Below are positions 55,679 through 64,000 of a stretch of 64,000 nt of DNA, one piece after another. Within the stretch, counting starts at the first letter, position 1. The number at the start of each line of letters is the position of its first letter. Position numbers and translations under genes: made by a program. Under the pieces are notes generated by a model. The model saw only the letters and a list, made by a program, of their open reading frames with translations, was not told the origin of the DNA and searched no databases. The stretch is from Myxococcota bacterium (lineage in GTDB: Bacteria > Myxococcota_A > UBA9160 > JAFDDA01): the NCBI GenBank assembly GCA_965228475.1, contig OZ245817.1, forward strand, positions 4,160,001 through 4,224,000, given 5' to 3'.

Positions 55679-56536
55679 GTGAACGCCGACGCCTTATGGA
55701 CCCTCGCCGGCAAGATCGTGACGGCCCTCGGCCTGACGGAGCCGGTCTTCTACGTCGCCGTGGGGCTGATCCTCCTGCTCGAGTGGCGCTTTCCCGCGGT
55801 GCCTTCCCAGCCCCTGGTCGGGCGCTCGTTCTGCTTCGACGCGCTGTGGAGCGTCGTCCGGCTGGCGGGCAACGTCGCCGTGCTCGGACCGTTCGTCGCC
55901 CTGATGAACGCCGTGTACGAGAACCACCTGGCGTTCCTCACCGTGCCCGGCATCGCGTCACTGCCGACGCCGGCCCGGCTCACGCTCGGCATCCTCACGG
56001 CCGACCTCCTCGCCTGGTTCCACCACTTCGTCCGGCACAAGATCGCCTGGAGCTTCCACGCGGTGCACCACTCCCAGCCGGAGATGAACCTCTTCACGGA
56101 CGACCGGAATCACGTGATCGACCTGGTCGTCGCCGCGGCCGTCCGCGTCTTCCCGATGCTCATGCTCTCGGTGGAGGTGCCCCAGGTCCTGGCCTGGACG
56201 CTCTTCTCGACCTGGTTCACCCGGCTCTACCACGCGAACCTCCGGACGGACTTCGGCCCCCTGCGCCATGTGCTCGTGACGCCCCAGTCCCACCGCATCC
56301 ACCACTCGACCGACCCGCGTCATCACGAGAAGAACTTCGGCCTGATCTTCAGCTTCTGGGACCGGCTCTTCGGGACCCAGTACCAGGGTTGGGACGAATA
56401 CCCGGAGACGGGCGTGAAGGATCCGACCTTCCCCCTCGAGCACGGTGGCCCCTTCGAGATGGCGCGCGCGCTCGTCGCACAGCAGATCCACCCCTTCACG
56501 GCCCTGTGGACGGCGCGACGGAGCGGGGAGCGCTAG
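55679..56536 (+). CDS. Sterol desaturase / fatty acid hydroxylase family
   Basis: His boxes HHFVRH, HAVHHS, HAN, HRIHHS; NFG..FSFWDRLFGT. Confidence 0.9.
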   Translation: MNADALWTLAGKIVTALGLTEPVFYVAVGLILLLEWRFPAVPSQPLVGRSFCFDALWSVVRLAGNVAVLGPFVALMNAVYENHLAFLTVPGIASLPTPARLTLGILTADLLAWFHHFVRHKIAWSFHAVHHSQPEMNLFTDDRNHVIDLVVAAAVRVFPMLMLSVEVPQVLAWTLFSTWFTRLYHANLRTDFGPLRHVLVTPQSHRIHHSTDPRHHEKNFGLIFSFWDRLFGTQYQGWDEYPETGVKDPTFPLEHGGPFEMARALVAQQIHPFTALWTARRSGER

Positions 56537-57762
56537 TCGAGGATCACGGGATCGCGGTAGTAGGGGATCGCCGTCGCGCGGAGCGGCTCCCAGAGACGGC
56601 CGAAGGGCCAGGGCGTCGCACGGGCGAAGCGCTTCAAGAGGTTCCGCGCCGTGGCAGCGCGCCGGACCCCGGCCGAGGCCGATTCCGTATTGCACAGGGA
56701 AGGCGCGTCGGGCAGGCACGGCGTCCGCCAGGTCGTCGCCTGCGCGTGGTCCGCCCCGTAGGTGCTGCCCATCGTCACGAAGAGTTCGTCCTTCCAGAGG
56801 AAGGCCACCGGTGCTCGGAGCGCACGCGGGAGGTGCGGGAGCGGGTGGAAGGTGTCCGTTGCGGGCTCGTAGGCGAGCAGGTCGGCCATCGCCGTCTCGT
56901 CGAAGTAGCCCGAGGCGTTGTCGCGTCCGCCCACCAGCAGGATGCGATCGCCGACGACCAGGGTGCCGGGCTCGATGTGGGAGCGGGGCGCCGGGAGGGG
57001 CGCGAAGTGCTCCCAGCGGTCGCGAGCCGGGTCGTAGCGGACGTTGCTCGCGATGTCCTCGGGGATGGGGTGATGCACGTGCGTTCCCCCGAAGACGTAG
57101 ATCCGGCCCTCGAAGACGGTGGAGCCGGCGTGCCCGCGGGTCTCCGGAAGCTTCGCGCGCGGTTGCCAGCCCGCTGCCTCGTCGTCGAGATCGAGCGCCC
57201 AGTGATGATCGGCGCCCTCGGGTTCCTCGGCCGCGTAGTAGCCGCCGAAGTAGTGGAGCTTCCGGCCGACCCGGACCAGCCCGCCGCCACCGAGCGGAAC
57301 GGGCAGCGAGGGCCGCTCGCTCCAGGAATCGTCGCGTGTGTCGTAGCGCCAGACCGCCGCCGAAGCCGCTCCGGGGTAGTCGCCGATGAAGCCTCCCGCG
57401 ATCCACACGTAGGGTCCGTCGGCCGCGGGAACGATGTGCGTCAAGGCCGTCGGCGCCTCGCCGAGCCGTTCCCAGCGATCCGCCGCGGGGTCGTAGGTCT
57501 CGACGACCCGGACCGCATTCAGGCGGCCCTCGGCGAAACCCTCGTCGTTGAAGCCGCCGAAGAAGTAGACCTTGCCGCCGACCACGACGCCCGGCCCTTC
57601 GAAGCGCGGCATCAGCGCAGAAGCGGCCGGCTCCCAATCGGCGACCTCATCCCCGGTCGTGAGAAACGTCAGCGCCACACAGGCGAGCACGAACCCGATC
57701 AATCCAGCGCCCACGAGCCGAAGCCACACGTCGTTCCTCCTTCGCCCTGCCGCTCTAGTCAT
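56533..57762 (-). CDS. Kelch-repeat beta-propeller protein with N-terminal TM
   Basis: Repeated GKVYFFGG / YDP...W Kelch units. Start is uncertain. Confidence 0.85.
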   Translation of the reverse strand: MTRAAGRRRNDVWLRLVGAGLIGFVLACVALTFLTTGDEVADWEPAASALMPRFEGPGVVVGGKVYFFGGFNDEGFAEGRLNAVRVVETYDPAADRWERLGEAPTALTHIVPAADGPYVWIAGGFIGDYPGAASAAVWRYDTRDDSWSERPSLPVPLGGGGLVRVGRKLHYFGGYYAAEEPEGADHHWALDLDDEAAGWQPRAKLPETRGHAGSTVFEGRIYVFGGTHVHHPIPEDIASNVRYDPARDRWEHFAPLPAPRSHIEPGTLVVGDRILLVGGRDNASGYFDETAMADLLAYEPATDTFHPLPHLPRALRAPVAFLWKDELFVTMGSTYGADHAQATTWRTPCLPDAPSLCNTESASAGVRRAATARNLLKRFARATPWPFGRLWEPLRATAIPYYRDPVILD

Positions 57763-57803
57763 AGCGGAGTCGGATTGTGGGCTACACCGGGACGCCGAGA
57801 GGT

Positions 57804-58334
57804 CTACGCCCACCGCTCCTTGGCCGTCTCGAGCGCGGCGAGGACCTCGTCGCCGTACGCGACGAGCTGGACCCGATCGACCGCGCCATCACGGGAGAGG
57901 GCTTCTCGGACGGCGCGGACCGCTACACGCGCGGCATCTGCCGGCGGGTAGCCGAACACGCCGCAGCTGATCGCCGGGAACGCGACCGTCGCGAGGGAGC
58001 GCTCGGCCGCGGCTCGGAGGGCGTTGCGGTAGCAGTCCGCCAGAAGCTCCGCCTCGCCTTGGGCGCCTCCGCGCCATACCGGCCCCACCGCGTGGATCAC
58101 GTAGCGCGCGGGCAGCCGGAAGCCGGGCGTGACGCGGCACTCGCCGGTCGGGCAACGAACCCCAGGGCGAACCTCCGGCACGGCGCGGCACGCTTCGAGC
58201 AGCTCCGGCCCCGCCGCGGCGTGGATCGCGCCGTCGACCCCGCCGCCGCCGAGCATGCGCTCGTCCGCTGCGTTGACGATGGCATCGACTTCGAGGGTGG
58301 TGACGTCGGCGCGAAGCACTTCGATGCGCGGCAC
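57804..58334 (-). CDS. Macro domain O-acetyl-ADP-ribose deacetylase (YmdB-like)
   Basis: DAIVNAA, GGGGVDGAIH, VIHAVGP, FPAISCGVFGYP. Confidence 0.92.
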   Translation of the reverse strand: MPRIEVLRADVTTLEVDAIVNAADERMLGGGGVDGAIHAAAGPELLEACRAVPEVRPGVRCPTGECRVTPGFRLPARYVIHAVGPVWRGGAQGEAELLADCYRNALRAAAERSLATVAFPAISCGVFGYPPADAARVAVRAVREALSRDGAVDRVQLVAYGDEVLAALETAKERWA

Positions 58335-58357
58335 GGTCGATGGCTCGGCGGACGCCG

Positions 58358-59044
58358 CTAGCCGGCGGATCGCAGGTAGGGGAGGCCCGCGCGCTTGACG
58401 TAGAGCGTGCAGCCCGCTTCCGAAACCGGACGGTGTTCTTCCCCGGCCGGCAGCCGCAACCAGCTCCCCTCGGGATAGGTACCCCCCTCGTCGGCGAAGC
58501 CACCGTCGAGCACGAAGAACTCGACACCGCGTTCGTAGACCTGCGGGCCGCGCTCGACTCCGGGCTCCCAGCGTTCGAACTCCATGAGATCCGAGAACCC
58601 CGCCTGCTCGTAGAGCGGTTTGCGGGCCACGCCCGGCGTCGCGGAAGGCTGCCAGGCGCGTGCGTTCGTATCGATCGCATGGTGCTCACGCGCCGCACCC
58701 GGATACTGGCGCAGCTTCACGAACAGCCTGCACCCCGGCTCCGAGAAGGGCGCGTGGCGGAAGCCTTCGGGGTTCAAGAGGAACGTTCCGGCTGGCCAGT
58801 CCCCCTGCTCGTCCGAGAAGACCCCCTCGAGCACCAGGATCTCCTCCCCTTCGGGATGGTCGTGGGCCGGGAACCGCGAGCCCGGCTCGTAGCGAACGAC
58901 CGACGTGACCTGCCCCGACTCCGGAGGTCCGACGCGATGGACGCGCTTGCGCCAGACGGAACCGCTCGGGCTCGCCGTCCAGTCCATCTGTTGCGTGTCG
59001 GCACTGGCGCGGACGGACAGATCTCCGTGGATCGCTTCGTCCAT
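58358..59044 (-). CDS. ChrR-like double cupin protein
   Basis: HDHPEGEEILVLEGVFSDE.G.WPAG, duplicated cupin. Confidence 0.88.
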   Translation of the reverse strand: MDEAIHGDLSVRASADTQQMDWTASPSGSVWRKRVHRVGPPESGQVTSVVRYEPGSRFPAHDHPEGEEILVLEGVFSDEQGDWPAGTFLLNPEGFRHAPFSEPGCRLFVKLRQYPGAAREHHAIDTNARAWQPSATPGVARKPLYEQAGFSDLMEFERWEPGVERGPQVYERGVEFFVLDGGFADEGGTYPEGSWLRLPAGEEHRPVSEAGCTLYVKRAGLPYLRSAG

Positions 59045-59048
59045 CGCG

Positions 59049-59423
59049 CTAGGTGGTTTCGCGCCGCCGCGCGAGCAGCAGCGCACCGAGGGCGATCAGG
59101 CCAGGCACGGCCTGGATGAAGAGGATCGAGGCGCTCGCCGTGGCGGCGCCGAAGACGCCTGCAACGACGACGCAGGCGAGGAAGAAGACCTTCACGTCGA
59201 AGCCGTCGTTTCCGCGCAGGAGTCCCCAGCCGAGCCCCGCAGCGAGGAAGCCGTTGTAGAGCCCCTGATTGGCCGCGAGGCTGGCCGACTGCTCCGCGAA
59301 GTCCGGCGTCGTCCCGAAGACCTGCATCCCGGTGGGCGAGGTCCAGAGGAACATCTCGAGCACCAGGAAGCCGACGTGCTGCAACGCGACGAAGGCGACG
59401 AGGGCGTTGGCGGCGAGTTTCAT
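59049..59423 (-). CDS. DUF1304 membrane protein
   Basis: LEMFLW, LAANQGLYNGFLA, IQAVP. Confidence 0.88.
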   Translation of the reverse strand: MKLAANALVAFVALQHVGFLVLEMFLWTSPTGMQVFGTTPDFAEQSASLAANQGLYNGFLAAGLGWGLLRGNDGFDVKVFFLACVVVAGVFGAATASASILFIQAVPGLIALGALLLARRRETT

Positions 59424-59854
59424 GGTGCCTCCAGAGGGTCGATGCGCAGCGTCGTGACCCGCGGCACCTCTCCCTCGACTTCGAGCCGAAGCGTAACGAG
59501 GGCCGGGGCGTTCTCAAACCGGGCCAGGAGTTCGAAGATCCCCGAGCTGCCGCCGGCGCCTGCGAAGTAGGTCTCGACTTCGAGGCTCGTGATCTCCCGG
59601 AGCGGGCCCATCCGCCGGAACAGGGAGACGGCCTCCTCGCCTCGACCGGACTGGATCTCGAGCAGCATCTCCTTCGAGACGCGATCCCGCACGTCTTCGA
59701 TGCGCCACGCTTGCGAGTAGTCCGCGAGGAAGCGTCTCACGAACGGTTCGTGATCCGCCTGGAAGTCTCCCTGAAGGCGGAACATCAGCGTCACGAGCAC
59801 GGCGAGCGCGCCGGCCGCCGCGGCCACTCCAAGCAGGAATCGCACGCTCGACAC
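59420..59854 (-). CDS. Hypothetical protein with N-terminal TM
   Basis: Fits operon packing (1-bp gap upstream, ATGA overlap downstream); ARFEN motif. Confidence 0.6.
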   Translation of the reverse strand: MSSVRFLLGVAAAAGALAVLVTLMFRLQGDFQADHEPFVRRFLADYSQAWRIEDVRDRVSKEMLLEIQSGRGEEAVSLFRRMGPLREITSLEVETYFAGAGGSSGIFELLARFENAPALVTLRLEVEGEVPRVTTLRIDPLEAP

Positions 59855-59855
59855 G

Positions 59856-60683
59856 CTAGCGCGGGAGGTCGTGCAGGCCGATGGTCGAGCCGCCCGTCTC
59901 GAGGGACACGCTCCGGATCAGACCGAAGCTGACCGACTCCGCGACGCCCCCGATGGCGATGATGTCGAGGCGCGTGCCCACGCGCGCCAGCGTTGCCGCG
60001 GCGTCGAAGGTGGCGTCCCAGTCGCTCGGGTCCGACTCGCTGGCCGGCAGGTGCGGGAGCGTGGGGATGCCGTCGGTGATCAGTACGATCCGGCGCGCGC
60101 GGCCGTCCTGCGGCCGAAGGAGCCGGTCCGACTCGCGCAGCGCGGCCTCGTAGTTCGTCCCGCCCGTCGGACCCGCCTCGAAGACGGCGTCGATGCCGTG
60201 GACGACGTGCATCAGATCGTCGGTCGGGGCGACCAGCGGCTTCGCGTCCGGCGTGGCCGGGTCGGCGTCGCCCGAGAAGATCACGAGGCCGACGCGGCTG
60301 CCCGAGGACCGTGCCTCGCGCAGCAGCGCGCAGGCGACGGAGACCTCCGCAGCCAGACGCGTCGAATCCGCAGGGACCCGGTAGCGATCAACCACCGAGA
60401 GGCCGGCCGCGTAGGCCGGCATCGAGAGCCGGGTGGATTGCGAGACGTCGATTGCGAGGACGACGTCGGTTGCGGGCTCGAAACGGAGCGAAAGCGCTTC
60501 GTCGAGGGCGCCACGCCGATCGATCTGGCAGCGATCGGGATCCGCCGGGCCCGGGTTCCAGCGCGGAACGGTCGGGCCGCACGCCAGGAGAGCAACGAAG
60601 GGCAGGATGGCGAACGCGAACTTCCACGCACCGGTTTCCGTGACACGGAACCCGAACCGTTCCCGCTTCGCCCGATTCTTCAT
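59856..60683 (-). CDS. vWA domain lipoprotein
   Basis: LLA-C lipobox, DVSQS MIDAS, GGTNYEAAL, LITDG. Start is uncertain. Confidence 0.78.
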   Translation of the reverse strand: MKNRAKRERFGFRVTETGAWKFAFAILPFVALLACGPTVPRWNPGPADPDRCQIDRRGALDEALSLRFEPATDVVLAIDVSQSTRLSMPAYAAGLSVVDRYRVPADSTRLAAEVSVACALLREARSSGSRVGLVIFSGDADPATPDAKPLVAPTDDLMHVVHGIDAVFEAGPTGGTNYEAALRESDRLLRPQDGRARRIVLITDGIPTLPHLPASESDPSDWDATFDAAATLARVGTRLDIIAIGGVAESVSFGLIRSVSLETGGSTIGLHDLPR

Positions 60684-60828
60684 CGCCTTCGGTGCCGCAT
60701 TCCCCGCAGCGAGCATACCAGCCAGCGCCCCCGGCGTGGGCCGCTCGGGCGGGGCGCAAGCCACACGCAGCTTGCCCGCAAGAACGCGTCGTTCGTAGAA
60801 TGACCGCTCCAAACTCGTGGAGGTCCCC

Positions 60829-61218
60829 GTGCCGCTCCCCATCACCGCTCTCTACCTCGCCGTGTTCGCGGTCTTCGCGGGCGTGCTCGCCGTCCTCCCA
60901 GGAAGGATGCGCGGGGCTGCCGGAGTCTCGGTCGGCGACGGCGGGCGCGCGGACCTGCTCGTCGCGATGCGCCGGCACGCGAACTTCATCGAGTGGGTTC
61001 CCTACTTCATGCTGATGTTCGCCGTGCTCGAGTTGAACGGCGCGTCTGCGGGTTTCCTGCACGGCATCGGCATCGCGATGATCCTCGCGCGCGTCCTGCA
61101 CGCGATCGGCCTGAAGGAAACGATCGAATCGATCCCGCGCGGGATCGGCGCGCTCGGCACGTTCCTCTTGAACCTGACCGCAGCGGGCGCGCTCGTCCGG
61201 CAGTTCCTGGCCGTCTAG
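60829..61218 (+). CDS. MAPEG family membrane protein
   Basis: GVSVGDGG, RRHANFIEWVP, ARVLHAIG. GGAGG RBS before GTG 60829. Confidence 0.88.
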   Translation: MPLPITALYLAVFAVFAGVLAVLPGRMRGAAGVSVGDGGRADLLVAMRRHANFIEWVPYFMLMFAVLELNGASAGFLHGIGIAMILARVLHAIGLKETIESIPRGIGALGTFLLNLTAAGALVRQFLAV

Positions 61219-64000
61219 GCCCCTGGCCGAAGGGCGTCTTCGAGTCCGCACTCGCTCGCGATCCGGTCCGCCGCGGCGCGCTCGTCTGCGGCTTCCGCGG
61301 CGTCCCCGGCCTGGACGAGCAGGCTCGCGAGGTCGCGGCGATGCCGCATCTCCTGAGGCCGTGCTCCGAGCGCCGCGGTGCTCGCGACCGCGCTCCGGGC
61401 GAAGCCGATGGCGGCGTCGGTCTCTCCGCGCAGCGCGTGAAGCCCCGCGAGGGCCCCCGCGATCGGGCCTCCGTAGTTCACCGGGATGCAGAAGACGCCG
61501 TGAAGCGTCGAGACAGGCGAGAGGAGCTCGATCAACGGATCGGCGTGCCCGTCCTCACCAAGCTCGACGCAGAGGTGGGCGGCTTCGAGGATGGAGTTCA
61601 GCCAACGAATGCCGCGCGGGACCCGCGAGAAGGCATCGACGGCGATGCGCTCGAAGTAGTCGCGTGCCCGCGTTTCGTTCCCGAGGCTCAGGTGGCAGCG
61701 GCCGCAGACGCCGAGGATCCAATGGTTCGGTTGCGCTGAAGCATCGACGCCCCGCTCGAGGAGGCGAAGGGATTCCCCTGCCCTCCCCTGCCAACGCGCG
61801 GCCTCGGCGCGCTGGGCGAGCCAGCATGCGTTGGCATACGGATGGGAGATGCGGCGGCCGAGCTCCACGGCGTGCTCGGTGAGGCCGAGACCCTCGGAGA
61901 GGCGGCCTTCCATCAGTGCGATGCCGGCGTCGTAGATCGCGAGATGCCACGCGAAGCCCTGGTGCGGGCGCGTTCCGCAAAGGGCCTCGGCACGGTTGCG
62001 GCGCCGTCCGGCCGCCGCCGCGCTGCCCTCGGCGAGCGCGTCGCAGGCGGAGTCGATCAGCGCGACCAGCGCCGGGTCGCGATCGCCGGAGTCCGGGGCG
62101 AGATCCGCCAGCTCCGAGGCCAGGCTCGCGCGCTCGCCGAGCTGGTCCGGCCCGGCGAGGATGTACATCAGCGTGAAGAGCGCTTCCTGGATGGCGTCCG
62201 CATCGCCGGTCTTGCGCGCGGCGGCGAGGGCTTCGCGGCCACGCGCTTCCACCGCCGCGCGGTCCGCGCCGACCTCGAGATGCTTCGACCCGGCCTCGAG
62301 ATAGCTGAGGCGGACGAGGATCTTCGCGCGTTGCACGCTCGCCACATCACCGAGCAGTTCGAGCGCCTCGTGGAGTGCGCGCGCGGCTTCCGGATCCACG
62401 GGCGACCACTCGGTGATCTCGCAGAAGGCGATGGCCGCACGCGCGAACTCCCGCGGCCGCTCCAGCGAACGCGCGAGATCCATGGCCTGCTCGGCCCGCT
62501 CGCGCCGCGCGCCGCGCTCGCCCGCGAAGCCGTGGGCCTCGGCCAGCTCGATCAGCAGCGCCAGACGGCGATCCGCGTCGGGCGGATCGCGGTGTTCGAG
62601 GGCCGCCAGCGCCTGCTCGTAGTGCTGGGCGGCCTGGTCGTCGGCACCGAGTGCCCGCGCCTGGGTGGCAGCGCGCTCGGCGATCTCGAGGGCATGTCCC
62701 GGGTCGCCCAGGGCGAGGGAGCGGTGCAGGTGGTACGAGAGCTCCGGCAACACTTCACCGGGGTCGGCCACGAGGCGGGGCTCGAGCCGCTCGGCCACCC
62801 GGTGATGCAGGCGGACGCGCTGGTGCGGGCCCAGCCGCTCGTAGGCGGCGTCGCGAAAGAGCGCATGGGCGAAGCGGAAACGGCCCGGGTCTTCCGCGGC
62901 GGGCTCGAGCACGCCGCCCGCGACGGCCACGTCGATGCGAGAGAGGGCCGTCTCCCGGTCGACCTCGGCGATGGAGGCCACGAGCGGCACGGAAAAGTCG
63001 CGCCCGAGCGCAGCCCCGACGCTCACGAGTTCCACCGCATCCGAAGGGAGCGCATCGAGGGAGCGATGGATCAACTCGAAGGAGTGGAGCGGAAGCGCGA
63101 CCCCGCGCCGGGAGAGCGCCTCCGGGTCCGCGAGGTCGCCGCGCGTGGCGAGCAGGCGGATCGCCTCGCGCACGAAGAGCGGCACCCCCTCGGTCCGCGC
63201 GAAGACCTCCGAACTGAGTTCGCTCGGTGGGTGGCGGCCGATCGCTTCGGCGAGCAGGCTCGCGACTTCCCCGCGTGAAAGGCCGTCCAGCGGAACCTCG
63301 AGATTCCCGTCGACGCCCTTCAAGCCCGCGAGCGTGCGCCTCAAGGCAGGGTTCGGCTCGGCCTCGTCGCGCACCGTCGCCAGCAGCAGTGCCCGGCACC
63401 CGCCCACCCCGAGCGCCACGTGTTCGAGCAGACCGAGCGCCGCCGCGCTCGACCAATGCAGATCCTCGAGAACGACGAGCAGGGCCTCCCGGCGGCTGCA
63501 CTCGAACAGGCTCCGCCCCGCCGCGTCGAACAGGAGGAACTGGCGCTCTTCCTTCGAGAGGCGTTCGACCTCGGCTTCCTTGCCTCGACGCGCCTCGGCA
63601 ATGCGGTCGGTCAGCTCGGGCACCCAGCGCGCGAACTCCTTGCCGTACTCGAGCACGGGGACGAGCGCATCGGCGAACTGCGGGTGCCGCCCGAGCTCCC
63701 GGAGCACCGGCGTCCAGATCCAGAGCGGAGGAACGCCGGCCCCCTGTCGGCCATGGGCGACGATGACGCGCGCTCCGCGTGCGCCGGCACGCCGGGCGAA
63801 CTCCTGGGCGAGGCGCGACTTCCCGATCCCCGCCGGCCCCCGCAGCACCGCGACGCCGCCCCGGCCCGCGGCAGCCTGGCCCCATGCCGCATCGAGCTGG
63901 GCGAGCGCCGCTTCGCGTCCGACGAAGGGATCGCGCGGCGTCCCGGCCGGGACCGCTTCCGCCCCGGCCTTCGCGGCGTCCGGAACGCCCGGCGCGGGGA
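61215..64000 (-). CDS. STAND/AAA ATPase regulator with TPR-like C-terminus (5'-truncated by window)
   Basis: Frame is open to the window end: PFVGREAALAQL, GPAGIGKS Walker A, VLEDLHW Walker B, TEGVPLFV, FRFAHALFRD. Confidence 0.88.
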   Translation of the reverse strand, partial: PAPGVPDAAKAGAEAVPAGTPRDPFVGREAALAQLDAAWGQAAAGRGGVAVLRGPAGIGKSRLAQEFARRAGARGARVIVAHGRQGAGVPPLWIWTPVLRELGRHPQFADALVPVLEYGKEFARWVPELTDRIAEARRGKEAEVERLSKEERQFLLFDAAGRSLFECSRREALLVVLEDLHWSSAAALGLLEHVALGVGGCRALLLATVRDEAEPNPALRRTLAGLKGVDGNLEVPLDGLSRGEVASLLAEAIGRHPPSELSSEVFARTEGVPLFVREAIRLLATRGDLADPEALSRRGVALPLHSFELIHRSLDALPSDAVELVSVGAALGRDFSVPLVASIAEVDRETALSRIDVAVAGGVLEPAAEDPGRFRFAHALFRDAAYERLGPHQRVRLHHRVAERLEPRLVADPGEVLPELSYHLHRSLALGDPGHALEIAERAATQARALGADDQAAQHYEQALAALEHRDPPDADRRLALLIELAEAHGFAGERGARRERAEQAMDLARSLERPREFARAAIAFCEITEWSPVDPEAARALHEALELLGDVASVQRAKILVRLSYLEAGSKHLEVGADRAAVEARGREALAAARKTGDADAIQEALFTLMYILAGPDQLGERASLASELADLAPDSGDRDPALVALIDSACDALAEGSAAAAGRRRNRAEALCGTRPHQGFAWHLAIYDAGIALMEGRLSEGLGLTEHAVELGRRISHPYANACWLAQRAEAARWQGRAGESLRLLERGVDASAQPNHWILGVCGRCHLSLGNETRARDYFERIAVDAFSRVPRGIRWLNSILEAAHLCVELGEDGHADPLIELLSPVSTLHGVFCIPVNYGGPIAGALAGLHALRGETDAAIGFARSAVASTAALGARPQEMRHRRDLASLLVQAGDAAEAADERAAADRIASECGLEDALRPGA

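Noticed and set aside
57804..64000. Anti-phage defence island (macro domain, vWA, STAND ATPase)
   Set aside because: The macro protein is an ordinary YmdB type, the vWA is a lipoprotein, the ATPase resembles regulator-type STANDs, and unrelated genes intervene. The ATPase N-terminus is outside the window, so this cannot be fully excluded.

Overview
High-GC bacterial chromosomal segment. Gene content (topoisomerase VI, many PEP-CTERM proteins, a DUF1302-like outer-membrane protein, a deltaproteobacterial-type Fur box) suggests Myxococcota or a related lineage; this is inference. In order it carries: an AbrB/Doc toxin-antitoxin pair; top6B-top6A with Lys-rich tails; rmlA-rmlC-rmlD; an unannotated 53-aa LysW/rubredoxin-like Cys4 protein divergent from a di-iron enzyme; a Fur-boxed unit (Com-like zinc finger, porin, FMN-binding protein, membrane protein, ApbE); fur; a MATE pump; an AST-like arginine operon using a DDAH/amidinotransferase in place of AstB; a hybrid kinase bracketed by a 109-bp duplication; GH172; DUF1538/P-II/CBS; a surface-protein island at 36-46 kb; and transport, signalling and housekeeping genes ending in a STAND ATPase cut by the window edge. 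The strongest candidate novel systems are (1) the 39.5-45.5 kb island, with two divergent paralogous BPI/LBP(TULIP)-like lipoproteins and nine copies of a TGATC-N4-GATCA-type palindrome placed in matching positions at two sigma54 promoters, (2) a Com-like zinc finger with four tandem GAGNCC hexamers in the leader of a Fur-boxed porin/flavinylation operon, and (3) a tandem PEP-CTERM polyprotein. No rRNA, tRNA, CRISPR array or transposase was recognised. All family calls come from reading motifs by eye; no database searches were run.
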